Origin: a virus
Lineage: Duplodnaviria > Caudoviricetes
Virus record (IMG/VR): IMGVR_UViG_3300028844_006787
Length of the DNA stretch: 64,000 nt
Direction: 5' to 3' (one strand)
The number at the start of each line of letters is the position of its first letter. Positions within the stretch are counted from its first letter, which is position 1. Of the stretch, positions 59,793-64,000 are shown piece after piece. The notes beneath the pieces were generated by a model. That model was given only the letters and a program-made list of their open reading frames with translations, ran no database searches and was not told where the DNA came from. The position numbers and the translations under genes were made by a program.

Positions 59793-60593
59793 TCAAGTTT
59801 TATATGTACATTCCCAAATATTATTATCCCAATATTTAATGTCCCATGAAATCCTCTTGGATGATGGTAACCAAGGAATTTCTTTTGTCATAACTTGATT
59901 TTTTCTTACTGAATTTTCAAGCATCACAATATCTGCTTTTATTTTCTGAACACGTGAAAAGCATGATTGATTTTGAATTCTTTTTCTATGACTTGTTGGT
60001 TGATGATACAAATGCTCTTTGTATAAATACTTATCCGCAATTCCTAACTTTTTTAATCTAAAGTATAAATCATCGTCATCCCAACCATACGACGTTATTC
60101 CTTCGTGGTATCCGTTTACTTTCCAAAAATGATTTGTATAACAATAAAACTGACCATTTAAATGTTGCTCATTACAATTAGTCGCAACCATCCACGAACC
60201 TCTGTAAAATAAATTTCTTTTTAGTTTATACACATCAAAAAAATCTTCACTTACCTGTACATCCGCATCTACTTTTAGCATTTTATTATATTCTACGAAA
60301 TACGCACCTAAATTATACGCATGACTTAATACCCAATCTTTTTGATTCGGAGCAACCACTAATTTAATATTTACTCCATTTGTATCCGTTGGAATACATC
60401 CTGCAATTGATTCGTATGAAGACCAGTCTACAATCACTATTTCGTTGAGTTTTTTTATTTTTACCCAAGACTCAAGAGAGTTTTTAAGATTTTCATTTCT
60501 ATCTTTACAACAAGAAATTAGTGAATATCCACTTTTTCGTTTTGCATTCTTTAAATAATCTGAAGATATGATTTGCTTACCCATGTTTACCAA
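59793..60593 (-). CDS. GT2-type glycosyltransferase with GT7-like C-terminus
   Basis: CCKDR, IVDWSS, VDAD, VNGYHE...YGWDDDDL. Confidence 0.85.
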   Translation of the reverse strand: MVNMGKQIISSDYLKNAKRKSGYSLISCCKDRNENLKNSLESWVKIKKLNEIVIVDWSSYESIAGCIPTDTNGVNIKLVVAPNQKDWVLSHAYNLGAYFVEYNKMLKVDADVQVSEDFFDVYKLKRNLFYRGSWMVATNCNEQHLNGQFYCYTNHFWKVNGYHEGITSYGWDDDDLYFRLKKLGIADKYLYKEHLYHQPTSHRKRIQNQSCFSRVQKIKADIVMLENSVRKNQVMTKEIPWLPSSKRISWDIKYWDNNIWECTYKT

Positions 60594-61513
60594 GTTACTA
60601 TTTCATCAAAACCCTCAATTATTTTGCATGAATTTTTATTATATAAATCACCACCCATGTCTGATGCAAATTTTCCAAAAGAACTCGGACTTGTAGGTAG
60701 CATTTGATTTGTTTTTGAAAGAATATACAATTCAACCATTGCATCAAATTGTCCAAGTTTTTGTTCTCCATAAACACTTTGCTCAAATTTTTTATTGTAG
60801 ATTATCAACTTCTCACCAAGGTTTTTCTTAAACACATTTTTTACATTTTCACAATCTGTGGATAAAAATATATTACCTTTATATGATCTCATATAATCCA
60901 AAATATAATTGTTTAAAGTATCTTGGTGGAATCTTTGCTTCATATTTTTAATACTACAAGCATCACCTCTACGAATATGTACACCGAGTGTATTTTCGGA
61001 AAATTTATTTAATGTTTCACCTGCGGTTTCTAATACATTTTTTGAAACTCTAAGATTTTTTACAATTTGTTTATATTCAAATTTGAAATTTGGAATTTTT
61101 TGGTCTAATATTTTTCCATAACTCCAATTCGGAAGATTACAAGATTTAACAGAAACTTTTTTAAATTTGCCTTCTAAAAAGTTTTTAGCATATATGTTTT
61201 GTAGTTTTATATACTTTTCATTTATTTTTGTTTCAGATACTCCATTAACAAATTTATCAAGTTGTATTGATGACATTCTGTTTCTTAAATATTCAGATTC
61301 GTCTTGAATTTGCGTTACTCCAAGTTGGTCATTTGGATTATCTAATAACTCAAATAATTGTGTATCATCAAATCCAATACCTGATTTCCAATAGCAATAA
61401 TATGGTAGTTCCAACGCATCTGATAATATTTTATATGAAATCAAAACTCTTAAACGATTCGCAAGTCCGTTGATGGGATGTACTAATAAATAAGAGTTCA
61501 TTTTATTCACCAA
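60587..61513 (-). CDS. Fucosyltransferase-like GT-B enzyme (GT11/GT23/O-FucT superfamily)
   Basis: GLANRL, GVHIRRGD, FLSTD, ELYILS, SSFG motifs. Confidence 0.75.
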   Translation of the reverse strand: MVNKMNSYLLVHPINGLANRLRVLISYKILSDALELPYYCYWKSGIGFDDTQLFELLDNPNDQLGVTQIQDESEYLRNRMSSIQLDKFVNGVSETKINEKYIKLQNIYAKNFLEGKFKKVSVKSCNLPNWSYGKILDQKIPNFKFEYKQIVKNLRVSKNVLETAGETLNKFSENTLGVHIRRGDACSIKNMKQRFHQDTLNNYILDYMRSYKGNIFLSTDCENVKNVFKKNLGEKLIIYNKKFEQSVYGEQKLGQFDAMVELYILSKTNQMLPTSPSSFGKFASDMGGDLYNKNSCKIIEGFDEIVTW

Positions 61514-62159
61514 ACTTAAACTTGAATATCTTTATATCCTCGTTATATACACCCGCAACTATATCACGAGTTTTTTTACTATAATATTCATTGTATTTAA
61601 GATGTTTTGTTTTATTCACCACAGGAAGTGTAGTATTTTCAATACCAATCTTTTGACAAATATGATTAAAGCAAGTTTGCATATTTTCTGTTCTACCAAC
61701 ATAATCAACATTTATATTATTATTTTCGTCTGTTAAATATGAGTATTGATTTTTAGGTTTTGGGTGATGTGGATTTGCAATACATTCTGTAATATATTTT
61801 TCAAAAGTTGGTGCTATTTTAAGTTCTTGCTTAAACGAATCAAATATATGTTCACTTTTTTTAGGACACTTTTTGCTCCAAGTTTCCACCATTTTTTTTC
61901 GGTAGAAATATCCAGATACAATACGATCCCATGAGTTTCTTACGAAACCAAATTTAAAATAATTATTCCAGTCCCAACCTTCGTGTTCAAATCTTTTATT
62001 TAATATATCAGACGATGTATGATAATAAAACGATGAATAGTTCGAAGAACTTCCGTGAATATCTGCATAATTGTAAAGTTTTCTTCGTACACTTGTGCTT
62101 CCTGTTTTATGAACAGATACAAATACAAATTTATGTTTGTGAGAAATTAACATATACAT
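61503..62159 (-). CDS. Carbohydrate sulfotransferase (Sulfotransfer_2-like)
   Basis: 5'-PSB FVSVHKTGSTS, 3'-PB FVRNSWDRIVSGY, C-terminal Y-x-x-D-x-x-x-F. Confidence 0.88.
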   Translation of the reverse strand: MYMLISHKHKFVFVSVHKTGSTSVRRKLYNYADIHGSSSNYSSFYYHTSSDILNKRFEHEGWDWNNYFKFGFVRNSWDRIVSGYFYRKKMVETWSKKCPKKSEHIFDSFKQELKIAPTFEKYITECIANPHHPKPKNQYSYLTDENNNINVDYVGRTENMQTCFNHICQKIGIENTTLPVVNKTKHLKYNEYYSKKTRDIVAGVYNEDIKIFKFKFGE

Positions 62160-62165
62160 TCCTTA

Positions 62166-62366
62166 TTAATTTAAAAAATTATCATCACACGTATCATTAT
62201 CAAACCAACACCAATCATAATTCTTTTTTTCTTCAATAGTCTCGTTTATGTATTCTTCTAACAATCCTTCAATATACTTTTCAGTTTCACCTAACGACAC
62301 AAAACCTTTGCTTTTTATCAATGGATGCAACTTACGAAGAATTTCATCTGATATATTTATCTTCAC
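62166..62366 (-). CDS. Small protein, possible ribbon-helix-helix
   Basis: KINISDEILRKL...EKYIEGLL pattern. Confidence 0.45.
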   Translation of the reverse strand: MKINISDEILRKLHPLIKSKGFVSLGETEKYIEGLLEEYINETIEEKKNYDWCWFDNDTCDDNFLN

Positions 62367-62367
62367 A

Positions 62368-62598
62368 TTAAACTTTGTTTATTATAAATTTTGGTTTCGT
62401 TGGAAAAAACCCAATCGGATTCGTATAAATCACCTCGTCACCATCTTCTATTAAGTTTATAAAGTTTTGATCGACTAATCCTGCTTTACTCATTATTTTT
62501 TGCACACAATACAAACGAATTGCATAAAGTGCATCTCCACGTGTTTCGTATTCACCTATCACATGACCACCAAATGTATCAACTACTTGATATTTCAT
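62368..62598 (-). CDS. Hypothetical protein
   Basis: ATG 62598 (MKYQVVDT) preceded by GGGGAGA; track start 62625 less likely. Confidence 0.55.
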   Translation of the reverse strand: MKYQVVDTFGGHVIGEYETRGDALYAIRLYCVQKIMSKAGLVDQNFINLIEDGDEVIYTNPIGFFPTKPKFIINKV

Positions 62599-62666
62599 AA
62601 ATCTCCCCCAAAAATTAAAAATCACCTATTCATATAAATATGAAGATGATTTGTTTTTATAAAAAC

Positions 62667-63758
62667 TTAAAGAGGTGAAAATTTTAAATTATGAGTTTTG
62701 GCAACTGCTTCGCAAATTAATTTACCATCGTGTGTATTCACACCCATTTTCAAAGCATCGTTGTATTTGCTCGGTGAGATACCACTTGCAATTTCAAGAC
62801 CATAACGAAGTGTTTGGTTGTTTAATGCAACGGTACTTGTTTGTGGAACTACACCTGGCATATTTGCTACGCAATAATGAACAATTCCATCAACATCATA
62901 AATTGGTTTATCGTGTGTTGTTGCTTTGCTTGTTTCAAAACATCCACCTTGGTCAATTGCAACATCAACCAATACAGCACCTTTCTTCATGCTTTTTAAA
63001 TGATTTCTACGAACTAATTTTGGTGCAGATGCTCCGTGAACATATACACTTCCAATTACGACATCTGCATCGGCAATCTCAGATTCAATGTTCGCATCGT
63101 TGCTGAATAAAGTTTGTACAGACGAACCAAATACATCATCAAGATAAGCAAGTCGTTCTTGTGATATATCAAGTATGCTTGTGTATGCTCCAATTCCACT
63201 TGCTATTTTGGCCGCATTAAAACCAACTACACCACCACCTAAAATTACCACTTTTCCTCGTTTAACACCAGGTATTCCACCCAGAAGTATACCTGCTCCA
63301 CCGAACGGAGTTTCCAAGTATTTAGCACCTTCTTGTACACTTAAACGACCTGCAATCTCACTCATTGGAGTAAGACATGGATGACTATGATTCGGCAACT
63401 GAATTGTTTCGTATGCGATTGTTGTTAATCCAATGTCTACCAACTCTTCTGTCAATTTTTTATCAGCAGCCAAATGAAGATAGGTATACAAAATGTGGTC
63501 ATCCTTAAATTTACTAAGTTCACAACTTTGTGGTTCTTTTACTTTGATAATCATGTCAGATAAATCAAATACATCATTAGAATCTACTATCGTTGCACCT
63601 GCTTGAATATAATCGTTATCCGAGAATCCTGTTCCTATACCTGCATTTTTTTCTACAAACAAATTATGACCCTCTGCAATGTATTTTTCAACTGCACTTG
63701 GTGTCAATCCTACACGATACTCGTGTTTTTTAATTTCTTTTGGTACACCAATTCTCAT
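62667..63758 (-). CDS. ald: Alanine dehydrogenase
   Basis: IGVPKEIK.HEYRVGLTP, KVKEP, YLHLAA, MSEIAGR, GGGVVG, DVAIDQGGCFETS, HYCVANMPG. Confidence 0.95.
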   Translation of the reverse strand: MRIGVPKEIKKHEYRVGLTPSAVEKYIAEGHNLFVEKNAGIGTGFSDNDYIQAGATIVDSNDVFDLSDMIIKVKEPQSCELSKFKDDHILYTYLHLAADKKLTEELVDIGLTTIAYETIQLPNHSHPCLTPMSEIAGRLSVQEGAKYLETPFGGAGILLGGIPGVKRGKVVILGGGVVGFNAAKIASGIGAYTSILDISQERLAYLDDVFGSSVQTLFSNDANIESEIADADVVIGSVYVHGASAPKLVRRNHLKSMKKGAVLVDVAIDQGGCFETSKATTHDKPIYDVDGIVHYCVANMPGVVPQTSTVALNNQTLRYGLEIASGISPSKYNDALKMGVNTHDGKLICEAVAKTHNLKFSPL

Positions 63759-63779
63759 TATTATATTTGACCTTTAAAG

Positions 63780-63995
63780 TTAGCTGTCATCCGACAATTC
63801 TACTTTCCACCTTTTTCTTTTTAATTGTTGTTCCATTTCCAAATTCTCACGTTCATATTCGAGTTTAAGTAATTCAACTTCACTTTTTAAATCTTCAACA
63901 TTGATGTTGTATTTGTTAAAATTAATAAATTTAAATACTGCGAAGAATATACCAGTCAAAATTGAGATAAATAATAATAAGTTTACTGCTTCCAT
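63780..63995 (-). CDS. Small TM plus coiled-coil protein
   Basis: 71 aa, N-terminal hydrophobic helix. Confidence 0.5.
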   Translation of the reverse strand: MEAVNLLLFISILTGIFFAVFKFINFNKYNINVEDLKSEVELLKLEYERENLEMEQQLKRKRWKVELSDDS

Positions 63996-64000
63996 TACAA

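Noticed and set aside
581-63384. All plus-strand ORFs in the track, including the 184-aa ORF at 48382-48936
   Set aside because: They lie antisense to well-supported minus-strand genes and show no recognisable motifs; the 184-aa ORF is just the mirror of the Pro-rich repeats
2873-63995. Stop-codon reassignment (alternative genetic code)
   Set aside because: Very long ORFs and conserved enzymes are full length under the standard code, and TAA, TAG and TGA all end genes at sensible positions
1-64000. Eukaryotic giant virus or bacterial chromosome origin
   Set aside because: sigma70 promoters, SD motifs, intrinsic terminators and a CCA-encoding bacterial tRNA argue against NCLDV; a tail fibre, Hjc-like resolvase, single-strand layout and many tiny orphan ORFs argue against a chromosome. 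No capsid or terminase is in the window, so phage origin remains an inference

Overview
AT-rich, gene-dense 64 kb segment with every credible gene on the minus strand, most consistent with a large (jumbo-type) tailed bacteriophage. Evidence: a collagen/LamG/S74-chaperone tail fibre, an Hjc-like resolvase, strings of small ORFs behind canonical sigma70 promoters, a tRNA, and rho-independent terminators. Two things stand out. (1) About 35 kb encodes a paralogous protein family (383 aa, 4423+1361 aa, 5408 aa) that shares a ~380-aa N-terminal alpha/beta-hydrolase-like domain with Glu at the nucleophile position. One giant is split in two inside an Arg/Trp/Tyr-rich insert. (2) The window carries a complete sulfate-activation operon (cysC-cysD-cysN-galE) plus a sulfotransferase, a fucosyltransferase-like enzyme and three GT2-type glycosyltransferases, which together suggest a phage-encoded sulfated-glycan pathway. 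Also present: ald, a phosphoribosyltransferase, a MYG1-like nuclease abutting tRNA-Ile2(CAT), a rhomboid, a membrane-anchored subtilase, a Cys-less LMW-PTP and an AT-hook protein. All family calls come from motif recognition; no searches were run.
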